This document shows, one piece after another, positions 21,357 through 30,492 of a stretch of DNA of 32,000 bases. A model generated the notes under the pieces. It searched no databases, was not told the DNA's origin, and worked only from the letters and a program-made list of their open reading frames with translations. The stretch spans positions 60,001 to 92,000 of the forward strand of contig NZ_CP093908.1 in the NCBI RefSeq assembly GCF_024818015.1, read 5' to 3'. Both the position numbers and the translations under genes were made by a program. Position 1 is the stretch's first letter. Every line of letters begins with the position of its first letter. This stretch comes from Candidatus Saccharimonadota bacterium (GTDB lineage: Bacteria > Bacteroidota > Bacteroidia > Flavobacteriales > Blattabacteriaceae).

Positions 21357-21425
21357 ATTCTAGATAGAAGATAGAATTTATAGAATTTAGATAATTTATA
21401 TAATTTATATAAATTATAATTTAAA
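21341..21425. repeat. Cluster of short degenerate tandem repeats (7-mers agatttc/agattct/agattct/agataga/agataga, then aatttat-like units) spanning the rplT/def convergent junction
   Basis: Read directly from the sequence: agatttcagattctagattctagatagaagatagaatttatagaatttagataatttatataatttatataaattataattt. Confidence 0.8.
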
Positions 21426-21910
21426 TTAAATTTTTTTTTTATTAAAATATTTTTTAAAATAAAAATATTATCTATAAATAATTTCCCTTCAATATGATCA
21501 TATTCATGTTGAATTATTATTGATAATAAACCGTTAAAATGTTGTTTATTTTTTTTCCAATTTTCATCATAATATTCTATAATTATATTATTTTTTCTTT
21601 TTATATTTTCTATTATATTAGGAATACTTAAACAGCCTTCTTTAGAGATCAAATTATAACCATATTTTTTTATTATTATTGGATTAATAAAAACTTTTTT
21701 AAACTTTTGTTTAAAACAATTATTATATTCAATAATAAATAAACGAATTGATAAACCTACTTGGGGAGCAGATAATCCAATTCCTTTAGTCTGATACATT
21801 GTATCATACATATTCTTAATTAAAAAATTAAGATCTTTATATGATTTATCAATCTCAATACATTTTTTTCTTAAAAAAGAATTTCCATAAATTATGATTG
21901 GTAATATCAT
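21353..21910 (-). CDS. def: Peptide deformylase
   Basis: 185 aa with the three PDF motifs GIGLSAPQVG, EGCLSIP and QHEYDHIEG. The C-terminal tail is encoded by short tandem repeats. Confidence 0.9.
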   Translation of the reverse strand: MILPIIIYGNSFLRKKCIEIDKSYKDLNFLIKNMYDTMYQTKGIGLSAPQVGLSIRLFIIEYNNCFKQKFKKVFINPIIIKKYGYNLISKEGCLSIPNIIENIKRKNNIIIEYYDENWKKNKQHFNGLLSIIIQHEYDHIEGKLFIDNIFILKNILIKKKFNLNYNLYKLYKLSKFYKFYLLSRI

Positions 21911-21915
21911 ATCTT

Positions 21916-22311
21916 TTAATATTTTATATATTCTTGTAATAGAAGAGTTGCACTTATTTTATCTAAAAGATGTTTTTTAAATCTAGTATTTGTATTTATT
22001 AAATAGTAATTTGCAATTTTAGATGTAAATCTTTCATCTATACGTTTTATTATTAAATTTGGATATTTATTATTTATTATTTTTATAAATTTTTGAATCT
22101 CTTTTTCTAGTGGAAATAGAGAATTATCAAATCTTATTGGCAATCCTATTATAATAGTATCTATATCTTCAGATTTAAGATACTTATATAATGTACAAAT
22201 TATATTATTTGAATTTACTGTATCTAGACCAAATGCTATTGATCTAATAGAATTAGTAATTGATAATCCTATTCTTTTTTTTCCATAATCTATACATAAT
22301 ATTTTTGACAT
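21916..22311 (-). CDS. ruvX: Putative pre-16S rRNA nuclease / Holliday junction resolvase-like protein YqgF (RuvX)
   Basis: 131 aa: MSKILCIDYGKKRIGLSITN...IIIGLP...IDERFTS...ATLLLQEY..., the typical YqgF family pattern. Confidence 0.8.
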   Translation of the reverse strand: MSKILCIDYGKKRIGLSITNSIRSIAFGLDTVNSNNIICTLYKYLKSEDIDTIIIGLPIRFDNSLFPLEKEIQKFIKIINNKYPNLIIKRIDERFTSKIANYYLINTNTRFKKHLLDKISATLLLQEYIKY

Positions 22312-22352
22312 AAAAATTAATTATATAATTTATATTAAATATAAATCTTTAT

Positions 22353-23177
22353 ATGGAAAAAATATTATTTAATTTAAAAAAAAATATAGATTCATATTGG
22401 AAGATGAAAGACAATTTGAATCATTGTGATATTAAATTTACTGTAGAAAAAGTTATAGAATATTTAGATAAAGGGAAAATCAGAGTAATCTCTTATTCAG
22501 AAGAAAAGAAGCTTATTATAAATGAATGGATAAAAAAAGCAATATTAATTTATTTTCAAATTAAAAAACCGAAATTAATAGAATTTGGATCATTAAAATT
22601 TTTTGATAAAATTCCTTTAAAAAACAATTATATTGGGGTACGTGTAGTACCTACCGCTATAGCTAGATATGGATCCTATATTTCAAAAAATGTAATTTTA
22701 ATGCCGTCATATGTCAATATAGGTGCCTTTATAGGAAAAGAATCTATGATAGATACTTGGGCTACTATAGGTAGCTGCGCTCAAATTGGTGAGAGAGTTC
22801 ATATAAGTGGTGGAGTTGGAATAGGAGGAGTATTAGAACCCTTACAATCTTCACCTGTTATTATAGGTAATAATGCTTTTATAGGATCAAGATGTATTAT
22901 AGTTGAAGGAGTGATTGTAGAAGAAGAAGCTGTACTAGGAGCTAATGTAGTAATAACCTCTTCTACGAAGATAATAGATGTTACAAATGATAAGCCAATA
23001 ATCTCTAAAGGCTTAATTACGAAAAGATCAGTAGTAATTCCTGGATCATATCCTAAAAAATTTAAATCAGGTACATATTACGTTCCTTGTGCATTAATTA
23101 TAGGTAAAAGAAAAGAAAGTACTGATAAAAAAACATCTTTAAATCAAGTGTTAAGAGAATATAAGATTTCAGTATAA
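22353..23177 (+). CDS. dapD: 2,3,4,5-tetrahydropyridine-2,6-dicarboxylate N-succinyltransferase (lysine biosynthesis)
   Basis: 274 aa. The left-handed beta-helix hexapeptide-repeat region (IGERVHISGGVGIGGVLEP...VIIGNNAFIGSRCIIVEGVIVEEEAVLGANVVI) and N-terminal domain resemble Bacteroidetes DapD. Confidence 0.85.
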   Translation: MEKILFNLKKNIDSYWKMKDNLNHCDIKFTVEKVIEYLDKGKIRVISYSEEKKLIINEWIKKAILIYFQIKKPKLIEFGSLKFFDKIPLKNNYIGVRVVPTAIARYGSYISKNVILMPSYVNIGAFIGKESMIDTWATIGSCAQIGERVHISGGVGIGGVLEPLQSSPVIIGNNAFIGSRCIIVEGVIVEEEAVLGANVVITSSTKIIDVTNDKPIISKGLITKRSVVIPGSYPKKFKSGTYYVPCALIIGKRKESTDKKTSLNQVLREYKISV

Positions 23178-24223
23178 TGATAATTATTGAAAAAAGTTCC
23201 CAATCAAGTTACATTGATTTTAATGATATATCTTTTGGTAAAAATTATTCAGATAATATGTTTTATTGTAAATTTAATAATGGGAAATGGGAAGATCCTA
23301 TTATAAAAAAATTTGGTGAGATTACTGTATCTCCTATCTCATTAGTATTTCATTATGGTCAAGCTATATTTGAAGGAATGAAAGCTTATAAAGATAAGGA
23401 TGGAAATGTATTTTTATTTAGGCCCTTGGAAAATTTTAATCGTATTAATTCTTCAGCTAAACGTTTAGAAATGCCATTAATATCTAAATCTATTTTTCTA
23501 TATGGATTAAAACAATTATTGTCTATAGATAAAAATTGGATTCCAAATAATTATGGTCAATCGATTTATATTCGTCCTTTTCTGATAGCTTCAGATGGAA
23601 GATTATCAGCAAATCCATCTAAAAAATATATTTTTATGATTATTTGTACTACTGCAAGTAATTATTATTTGACACCATTAAAAGTTAATATAGAACAAAA
23701 ATATAGTAGATCAACTGATGGTGGAATAGGCTTTACAAAAGCTGCTGGTAATTATGCATCTTCTTTCTTTCCTACGCGTATAGCACAAGAAGAAGGATAC
23801 GATCAAATATTATGGACTGATTCTTCAACTCATTCTTTGATTGAAGAATCAGGAACAATGAATGTTTTTTTTTATATTAAAGATAGTTTAATTACAGCTC
23901 CAGCTAATAAAAAAATTCTTAATGGAATTACTAGAAAAAGTATTATAACCTTAGCAAAAGAAAAAGGAATAAGAGTAAAAGAATGTCATTTATCGGTTTC
24001 AGAACTTATATATAATATACGTAAAAATTTAGTAAAAGAAGTATTTGGATGTGGTACAGCAGTTGTTATAAATTTTTTTAAAACAATAGGATATAGATGT
24101 GAAAATTTTTATTTACCAAAAATTTCATCTGAAAAAAGAATATCTTTTTTTTTTAAAAAAAGACTTTTAGATATACAACATAATGTAGTTGATGATCCAT
24201 TTGGATGGAGGTTTAAACTTTAA
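23177..24223 (+). CDS. ilvE: Branched-chain amino acid aminotransferase
   Basis: 348 aa: ...LVFHYGQAIFEGMKAYKDKDGNVFLFRPLENFNRINSSAKRLEMP...YIRPF...GNYASS...EESGTMNVFF...GITR...GCGTAVV, fold-type IV BCAT. 1-nt TAATG overlap with dapD. Confidence 0.9.
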   Translation: MIIIEKSSQSSYIDFNDISFGKNYSDNMFYCKFNNGKWEDPIIKKFGEITVSPISLVFHYGQAIFEGMKAYKDKDGNVFLFRPLENFNRINSSAKRLEMPLISKSIFLYGLKQLLSIDKNWIPNNYGQSIYIRPFLIASDGRLSANPSKKYIFMIICTTASNYYLTPLKVNIEQKYSRSTDGGIGFTKAAGNYASSFFPTRIAQEEGYDQILWTDSSTHSLIEESGTMNVFFYIKDSLITAPANKKILNGITRKSIITLAKEKGIRVKECHLSVSELIYNIRKNLVKEVFGCGTAVVINFFKTIGYRCENFYLPKISSEKRISFFFKKRLLDIQHNVVDDPFGWRFKL

Positions 24224-25065
24224 AGTATTTTTTTTCCTATTTCTAGAATAAACAGATTAGCTTTTTCAAAATTATTAGGTATTATTCCATTCAAAATAGC
24301 ATATTTTAAAATATTTTTTATTATACCGATTTCTTTACAAGGATTTATTCCAAAAATCTTCATTAGATGATAACCTGATATAGGATACGATTTTTTTATA
24401 TCTTTTTCTTCAACTTTTTTAAGTTTTAATTTGAATAAATTCAAATTTTTTTGATATTGTATTTTTTTTATATAATTTTTAGTTGTTATATCAGATTGAC
24501 ACATTAAAATTAAATCTTCTATCTCATCAGAAGATAAGAATCTTCTTATTGAAGAATCAGTAGCTGTATAACTTATCAAAGTTATAGGTCTTGAGCTATA
24601 TTTAATAAGATTTTTAACATATTTCATGTATTTTGTTTTAGGTAATTTTAGTCTTTCAAATACTGAAGTAATCATTTTTGATCCTATTAATTCATGTGAA
24701 TGAAAAGTCCACCCAATATTTGGGATATATTTTTTAGTTATAGATTTTCCTATATCATGTAATAATGCTGCCCATATTAACCAAAGATTATTAGTATATA
24801 TACTAATATTATCTACAACTTCTAATGTATGAAGAAAATTATCTTTATGTTTAAATTTTTTTTTATTTTCAATACCTTTAAGATTTATTACTTCTGGTAA
24901 GATTATTGATAATAATCCAATTTTATATAAATCAAAAATTCCTGTAGAAGGTTTATTAGATAATAAAATTTGATTAAATTCATATATAATTCTTTCTATA
25001 GAAATCCTGATTTTAGAATTATAAAAACGAATAGTTCTTAAATTTATTTTCTTTTTCTTTTTCAT
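24220..25065 (-). CDS. HD-domain protein matching the C-terminal ~60% of Bacteroidetes tRNA nucleotidyltransferase (CCA-adding)/poly(A) polymerase family proteins; the catalytic head domain is absent
   Basis: 281 aa: ...LRTIRFYNS...SIERIIYEFNQILLSNKPSTGIFDLYKIGLLSIILPEVINLKG...KHKDNFLHTLEVVDN...WAALLHDIGKSITKK...GWTFHSHELIGSKM...SSRPI...CQSDITTKN... These are the neck/body plus HD region only. Only 30 nt separate it from the upstream mnmA. Confidence 0.75.
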   Translation of the reverse strand: MKKKKKINLRTIRFYNSKIRISIERIIYEFNQILLSNKPSTGIFDLYKIGLLSIILPEVINLKGIENKKKFKHKDNFLHTLEVVDNISIYTNNLWLIWAALLHDIGKSITKKYIPNIGWTFHSHELIGSKMITSVFERLKLPKTKYMKYVKNLIKYSSRPITLISYTATDSSIRRFLSSDEIEDLILMCQSDITTKNYIKKIQYQKNLNLFKLKLKKVEEKDIKKSYPISGYHLMKIFGINPCKEIGIIKNILKYAILNGIIPNNFEKANLFILEIGKKIL

Positions 25066-25095
25066 TAGATAATTTTTTTAAAAAAGTTTTCTTCA

Positions 25096-26205
25096 TCATA
25101 TTAATCCAGAGCCTATTACTTCATTATTTAGATACCAAACTATAAATTGACCACCATTAACAGCTAATTGTGGAATTTCAAATTCTACATAGAAATCATT
25201 GTTTTTTTTATAGAAAGTAGCTTTTTGAAAATTTTGTCTATATCTAATTCTACATTCAACTTTGATTTTTGTTTTTATTTTTTTTATCCAATGAATATTA
25301 TAATTTTTAATACAAATTACTTTTGTATATAATCCTGGATGATTTTTTCCCATTCCTACATATAAAATATTTTTTTTAATATCTTTTTCTATTACAAATA
25401 GTGGATATTTATATCCTCCAATTTTTAATCCTTTTCTTTGTCCCTTTGTAAAATAATGAGCACCTATATGGTGACCTATTATTTGACCATATTCTTTTTT
25501 ATATTCTATATTAGGAGATAATAATTTTTTAAAAATATGACTATTTTTATTTATTTCTATAATTAAACCTTTTTTTGGGGCTAATTGTTTTTTTAAAAAA
25601 TTTAAAAATTTTATTTTTCCAATAAAACATATTCCTTGAGAATCTTTTTTATTAGCATTAATTAAATTATACTTCTTAGCTATTTCTCTAACTTCTTTTT
25701 TATTTAACCACCCCAGTGGAAAAATAGATTTTTTAATTTGAACTTTATTAAGTAGACATAAAAAATATGATTGATCTTTATTCTCATCAATTCCAGATCT
25801 CATCTTATAAGAAATTTTACCATTTTCATTAACTTCTTTTTTTATTACATAATGACCTGTTGCAATAAAATGTGATTTTAAAAAAATAGATTTTTCTAAA
25901 AAAAACTTAAATTTAATTTTACTATTACAAATTATATCAGGATTAGGGGTATAACCTTTTTTATATTCTTTATAGAGATAATCTCTAATTAGATTTTTAT
26001 AATTTTTAGTTATATCAATGATATAAAATGGTATTTTTAAACTTTGTGAGACTAACATTGCATCTATACTATCTTCTCTCCAAGGACATTGATTGTCAAA
26101 ATATTTCATAAATATTCCAATAACATCATAACCTTGTTTTTTTAGTAACAAAGCTGCTACGCTAGAATCTACCCCGCCAGACATTCCTACAATTACCCTC
26201 TTCAT
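25096..26205 (-). CDS. mnmA: tRNA-specific 2-thiouridylase MnmA
   Basis: 369 aa: MKRVIVGMSGGVDSSVAALLLKKQGYDVIGIFMK...TPNPDIICN...ATGHY...KDQSYFL...KKDSQGICFIG..., canonical MnmA/TrmU. Confidence 0.92.
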   Translation of the reverse strand: MKRVIVGMSGGVDSSVAALLLKKQGYDVIGIFMKYFDNQCPWREDSIDAMLVSQSLKIPFYIIDITKNYKNLIRDYLYKEYKKGYTPNPDIICNSKIKFKFFLEKSIFLKSHFIATGHYVIKKEVNENGKISYKMRSGIDENKDQSYFLCLLNKVQIKKSIFPLGWLNKKEVREIAKKYNLINANKKDSQGICFIGKIKFLNFLKKQLAPKKGLIIEINKNSHIFKKLLSPNIEYKKEYGQIIGHHIGAHYFTKGQRKGLKIGGYKYPLFVIEKDIKKNILYVGMGKNHPGLYTKVICIKNYNIHWIKKIKTKIKVECRIRYRQNFQKATFYKKNNDFYVEFEIPQLAVNGGQFIVWYLNNEVIGSGLI

Positions 26206-26207
26206 CT

Positions 26208-27299
26208 TTATGATGAAAACATTTCTCTTACTTTTTCAAAAAAAGATTTTTCAGATTTCTGAGGAATAAAATTTTCTTCATTTTTCATTTGTTGAAACAT
26301 TTTTTTTTGTTCTTCATTTAATTTTTTAGGAGTCCATACAATTATATGTATGAGTAAATCTCCCCTTCCATAACCTTCAAGAAAAGGTAATCCTTTTCCC
26401 TTTAATCTAAGAGTTTTTCCTGATTGGGTTCCTGCATCTATTTTAAGACGAGCTTTTCCATCTCCAGTAGGAACTTCTTCATAAGCACCTAATACCGCAT
26501 CTGGAAATGATATATATAAATCGTAATGTAAATTTTTTCCTTCTCGTTTTAATTTCTCATGAGGTATTTCTTCAATAACAACTATAAGATCACCAGGGAT
26601 ACCATTCCCAAATGGAGCATCATTTCCTTTACCTGATATTTTTAATTGTATTCCTTCAGTTACTCCAGGAGGAATAGTAATACTTACTAATTCTTCTTTT
26701 TTTTTTAAACCTTGATTATTTACTCCTTTGGGGAGTCTTTCACTTTTTTTTCCTAAACCACCACATATACTACATGTAGTAGTAGTATGCATTATTCCTA
26801 AAATTGTATTCGTTACACGTGTTATTTGTCCTGTTCCATTACAATTTTTACAAAAAATCAATTCCACCCCTTTAGCCATTTTCATGCGTTGAACTTTCAT
26901 TTTTTTTTCTATTCCCTTTAATATCTCATTAAGTGTTAATTTAACTTTGATTCTTAAATCACTCCCTTTAATATTTTTTTTTTTGTAATTACTAAATCCT
27001 GAAAAACTAAAAGCATCTCCAAATATATCTCCAAAATTTGTAAAAATATCCTCCATATTCATCCCTCCAGAATCTCCTTGAGAACTGGAATGACCAAATT
27101 TATCATAACGTTTCTTTTTTTCAGGATTACTTAATATATCGTAAGCTTCAGCTGCTTCTTTAAATTTTTCTTCTGCTTGCTTTTCTTTATTTTTATCTGG
27201 ATGATATTTTAGAGCCAATTTTCTGTAAGCTTTTTTGATTTCATCAGTAGATGCATCTCTAGATATACCTAATATTTCGTAATAATCTTTTTTTATCAT
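26208..27299 (-). CDS. dnaJ: Molecular chaperone DnaJ (Hsp40) with a reduced zinc-finger region
   Basis: 363 aa. J domain [13 protein letters not shown]...[15 protein letters not shown]-rich linker, CKNCNGTG and CSICGGLG motifs, and C-terminal substrate-binding domains. Confidence 0.93.
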   Translation of the reverse strand: MIKKDYYEILGISRDASTDEIKKAYRKLALKYHPDKNKEKQAEEKFKEAAEAYDILSNPEKKKRYDKFGHSSSQGDSGGMNMEDIFTNFGDIFGDAFSFSGFSNYKKKNIKGSDLRIKVKLTLNEILKGIEKKMKVQRMKMAKGVELIFCKNCNGTGQITRVTNTILGIMHTTTTCSICGGLGKKSERLPKGVNNQGLKKKEELVSITIPPGVTEGIQLKISGKGNDAPFGNGIPGDLIVVIEEIPHEKLKREGKNLHYDLYISFPDAVLGAYEEVPTGDGKARLKIDAGTQSGKTLRLKGKGLPFLEGYGRGDLLIHIIVWTPKKLNEEQKKMFQQMKNEENFIPQKSEKSFFEKVREMFSS

Positions 27300-27312
27300 T
27301 ATAATTAAATAA

Positions 27313-27765
27313 TTAATTGCCTACAACTACTTTAGAATATCTAATGATTTTATTATTTAAATAATATCCATCTTCTATTACATCTATTACTTTTCCTTTT
27401 AGTTCATCCAATGATGCTTTAACTTGAGTAATTGCTTCATGCCAATCTGTATTAAATACATCACCTTTTTTGGTTTTAATTTTTTTAAGGCCTTTAGTTT
27501 TTAATATTTTATAAAATTTTTCTTTAATCAAAGATATTCCTTGAATTAAAGGAACATTATTAGATTTTTTTATTTCTTTTAAGCTTCTAGAAAAATCATC
27601 TAAAACAGATAATAAATCCAATAAAAGAGTTTCATTAGCATTATTTATAATATCTAATTTTTCTTTTTTTATACGTTTTTTAAAGTTTTCAAAATCTACA
27701 AAAAGACGTAAATATTTTCTATTTAATGCATTATATTCATTTAATTCATGTTTGTTTTTATACAT
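27313..27765 (-). CDS. grpE: Nucleotide exchange factor GrpE (short, 150 aa)
   Basis: ...[18 protein letters not shown]...[16 protein letters not shown]...[21 protein letters not shown]...FNTDWHEAI...[20 protein letters not shown], the typical GrpE core. Sits upstream of dnaJ. Confidence 0.85.
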   Translation of the reverse strand: MYKNKHELNEYNALNRKYLRLFVDFENFKKRIKKEKLDIINNANETLLLDLLSVLDDFSRSLKEIKKSNNVPLIQGISLIKEKFYKILKTKGLKKIKTKKGDVFNTDWHEAITQVKASLDELKGKVIDVIEDGYYLNNKIIRYSKVVVGN

Positions 27766-27834
27766 AAAAATTAAATTTTAATTATAATTATAATTATATT
27801 ACAAATATATATAATAAAAATCCAAATAATAAAT

Positions 27835-29226
27835 ATGAATTATTATGATGTTGTTGTAATAGGATCTGGTCCAGGTGGATATATATCTGCAATACGTTGT
27901 TCACAATTAGGATTTAATACCGCTATTATAGAAAAATATAAATATTTTGGGGGAACTTGTCTTAATGTAGGATGTATTCCATCAAAAACACTTTTATCAT
28001 CGGCGGAAAACTATCATCAAGCTAAAAATAGGTTTGATAACCATGGAATCAAATTTGATAATCTATTATTAGATATAACTAAAATGATGAATAGAAAAAA
28101 GAATATTATTAATAAAATTTGTGAGGGAATAAAATCTTTATTTATTAAATATAATATTAAAACTTATTTAGGAACAGCTATCTTTAAAGATAAAAATACT
28201 ATTTCTATTTTAGATTCTAATATAGAGATAATAAAATTTACTTATGCTATAATAGCTACTGGATCTAAACCAATGGAATTACCCTTTGCAAAAATAGATG
28301 GTAATAAAATTATTTCATCTACAAATATTTTATCACTTAATTATATTCCAAAAAAATTATCAATAATAGGAGGTGGGGTTATAGGTATTGAATTAGGATC
28401 ATTATATAATAAAATCGGATCAGATGTAACAATAATTGAATATGAAAAAAATATAATTAGTAATCTTGATTTAGATCTAAGTCAAGAATTAGAAAATATT
28501 TTAAAAAAAAATGGTATTAAATTTTATCTTTCTACAAAAGTTGAAAGCATAGATCTAATTAAAGATAATGTTAAAATTAATGCTAAAATAAATAAAAATG
28601 ATGAGATCAATATAATCTGTGATTGTTGTTTATTATCAATAGGAAGAATTCCATATACAAATAATTTAGGACTAGAAAATCTTGGCATAAAAAAAGATAA
28701 AAAAGGTTTTATATTAGTAAATAATAATTTACAAACAAATATAGAAAATATATATGCTATAGGTGATGTTATTGGAGGATTAATGCTAGCACATAAAGCA
28801 GAAAAAGAAGGAATATTTGTCTCAGACAAAATATATGGTAATAAAAATATGAGAAATTATAATTTAATCCCATCTGTAATTTATACAAATCCAGAAGTAG
28901 CGAGTGTAGGAAAAAGTGAGAAAGAATTAAAGGATAGAAAATATAAAATAGGTAAATTCCCAATTAAAGCTTTAGGGAGAGCTATTTCTAGTGGAGAAAT
29001 TAATGGATTTGTAAAAATATTATCTGATGAATTAACAGATGAAATTTTAGGAATTCATATGATAGGTCCTAGAGTCTCAGATATAATAATTGAAGCAGTT
29101 TTAGCTATGGAGTTTAAAGCTTCATCTGAAGATTTATCATTAATATCATATGCTCATCCTACTTTTACTGAAGCTGTTAAAGAAGCAGCATTAATCGCTA
29201 CAGGGAATAAACCTATACATATATAA
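27835..29226 (+). CDS. lpdA: Dihydrolipoyl dehydrogenase (E3)
   Basis: 463 aa: YDVVVIGSGPGGY FAD motif, redox disulfide GGTCLNVGCIPSK, NAD motif IIGGGVIGIELGS, C-terminal YAHPTFTEA. Confidence 0.93.
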   Translation: MNYYDVVVIGSGPGGYISAIRCSQLGFNTAIIEKYKYFGGTCLNVGCIPSKTLLSSAENYHQAKNRFDNHGIKFDNLLLDITKMMNRKKNIINKICEGIKSLFIKYNIKTYLGTAIFKDKNTISILDSNIEIIKFTYAIIATGSKPMELPFAKIDGNKIISSTNILSLNYIPKKLSIIGGGVIGIELGSLYNKIGSDVTIIEYEKNIISNLDLDLSQELENILKKNGIKFYLSTKVESIDLIKDNVKINAKINKNDEINIICDCCLLSIGRIPYTNNLGLENLGIKKDKKGFILVNNNLQTNIENIYAIGDVIGGLMLAHKAEKEGIFVSDKIYGNKNMRNYNLIPSVIYTNPEVASVGKSEKELKDRKYKIGKFPIKALGRAISSGEINGFVKILSDELTDEILGIHMIGPRVSDIIIEAVLAMEFKASSEDLSLISYAHPTFTEAVKEAALIATGNKPIHI

Positions 29227-30203
29227 TGTATAAAATTAGTAAAAAATCAGAATATTTTCTATATAAATATTTAAATGCTTATTCTCCAACTGTAAATGAA
29301 GTTGATGCTCAAAAAATTTGGATGAAATATATAGAACAATATTCAGACTCAATTGAAACAGATAATTATGGAACAGTTGTAGGGGTTATAAATAAAAAGA
29401 AGACGTTTAAAATTGTAATTGAAGCACATGTAGATGAAATGACATGGTATGTTAATTATATTACAGATGATGGAATTATCTATGTAGCTGGTCGAGGTCG
29501 ACCACTAACACATTCAAAACGTGTTAATATTCATACTAAAAATGGTATTATTGATGGATTATTGCCCTATAAAACCCCCACATTTATAGATATAGGTGCT
29601 TCTAATAAAAAAGAAGTAGAAAATTTGGGGGTTAATGTAGGTTGTATGGTGACTTATCCAGATGATTTTTTTATTATGAATAATAAATATTTTGTAGGTC
29701 GTGCTAATAAAATCGGTGGATTTATTATAGCTGAAGTTATGAGGTTAATAAAAGAAAAAAAGGTGGTATTACCTTATGGGTTATATGTTAGAAATTCTGT
29801 TCAAGTAGGTCAATATATATATAACCCTAATATAGCAATAATAACTGATGTATGTCATGATACTTCTATTTCGATTTTTGATAAAAAAATAAATGGAGAA
29901 GTCAAATCCGGATTGGGACCAGTGATAAATTATTCTCCATCAATACACAATAATTTACGTGAACAAATTATTTTTATTGCTAATCAAAATAATTTATCCT
30001 TTCAAAGACTTGTATTACCTGACGCTTATTATAATAATGGTGTAATTTCGGCTTTAATATCTATTCCTATTCGTTATATGAATACAACAGTAGAAATGGC
30101 TAATAAAAAAGATATAGAAAATTGTATACATTTAATGTTTGAAATATTAAAAAATATAGATATTAACGAAAATTTTAAATATTTGGAGAATCATCTATAT
30201 TAA
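29226..30203 (+). CDS. M42 family (FrvX/YsdC-like) aminopeptidase homolog with degenerate metal-binding motifs; possibly non-catalytic or a decaying gene
   Basis: 325 aa: ...YSPTVNEVDAQ...DNYGTVVG...KIVIEAHVDEMTWYV...DDGIIYV...FIDIGASNKKEVENLGVNVG...VGRANKIGGF...NSVQVGQ...AIITDVCHD...IPIRYMNTTVEM... Overall M42 architecture, but the DNR, QEE and RY-x-H ligand motifs are altered. Confidence 0.7.
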   Translation: MYKISKKSEYFLYKYLNAYSPTVNEVDAQKIWMKYIEQYSDSIETDNYGTVVGVINKKKTFKIVIEAHVDEMTWYVNYITDDGIIYVAGRGRPLTHSKRVNIHTKNGIIDGLLPYKTPTFIDIGASNKKEVENLGVNVGCMVTYPDDFFIMNNKYFVGRANKIGGFIIAEVMRLIKEKKVVLPYGLYVRNSVQVGQYIYNPNIAIITDVCHDTSISIFDKKINGEVKSGLGPVINYSPSIHNNLREQIIFIANQNNLSFQRLVLPDAYYNNGVISALISIPIRYMNTTVEMANKKDIENCIHLMFEILKNIDINENFKYLENHLY

Positions 30204-30471
30204 AAAGAATATTGGGCATTTTTTTTAATATTAATTTTTTAAATAAAAGTTTTTTATAATATTTTGATTTATTATTAAGAATCTTTATAAGATTATTTTC
30301 TTTTTCTTTTGGAAAAAAACTTATATAAATTTTAGCTAAACTAAAATCATAAATTACTATTACTTTAGTAATTATTATTAATTTCCTATAAGGAAAATAG
30401 ATTAATTCACGATTAAATATTTCCGATAATTTTTTTTTAATTAAAATGGCAGCTTTTTTATTTTTAAACAT
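30175..30471 (-). CDS. rbfA: Ribosome-binding factor A
   Basis: 98 aa. The pattern ...IKKKLSEIFNRE...IIITKVIVIYDFSLAKIYISF...LNNKSKYYKKLL...KMPNILFNIDDS resembles the RbfA KH-like fold signature (V..DL..A.VY.S ... P.L.F..D). Low complexity, so moderate confidence. Confidence 0.72.
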   Translation of the reverse strand: MFKNKKAAILIKKKLSEIFNRELIYFPYRKLIIITKVIVIYDFSLAKIYISFFPKEKENNLIKILNNKSKYYKKLLFKKLILKKMPNILFNIDDSPNI

Positions 30472-30492
30472 ATTTTTTAATAATTATTTATC

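Noticed and set aside
27766-27834. (aattat)3-like tandem repeat and AT-rich spacer between grpE and lpdA, considered as a regulatory repeat
   Set aside because: It is a very short, low-complexity A/T repeat in a divergent promoter spacer. It is indistinguishable from compositional background without comparative data.
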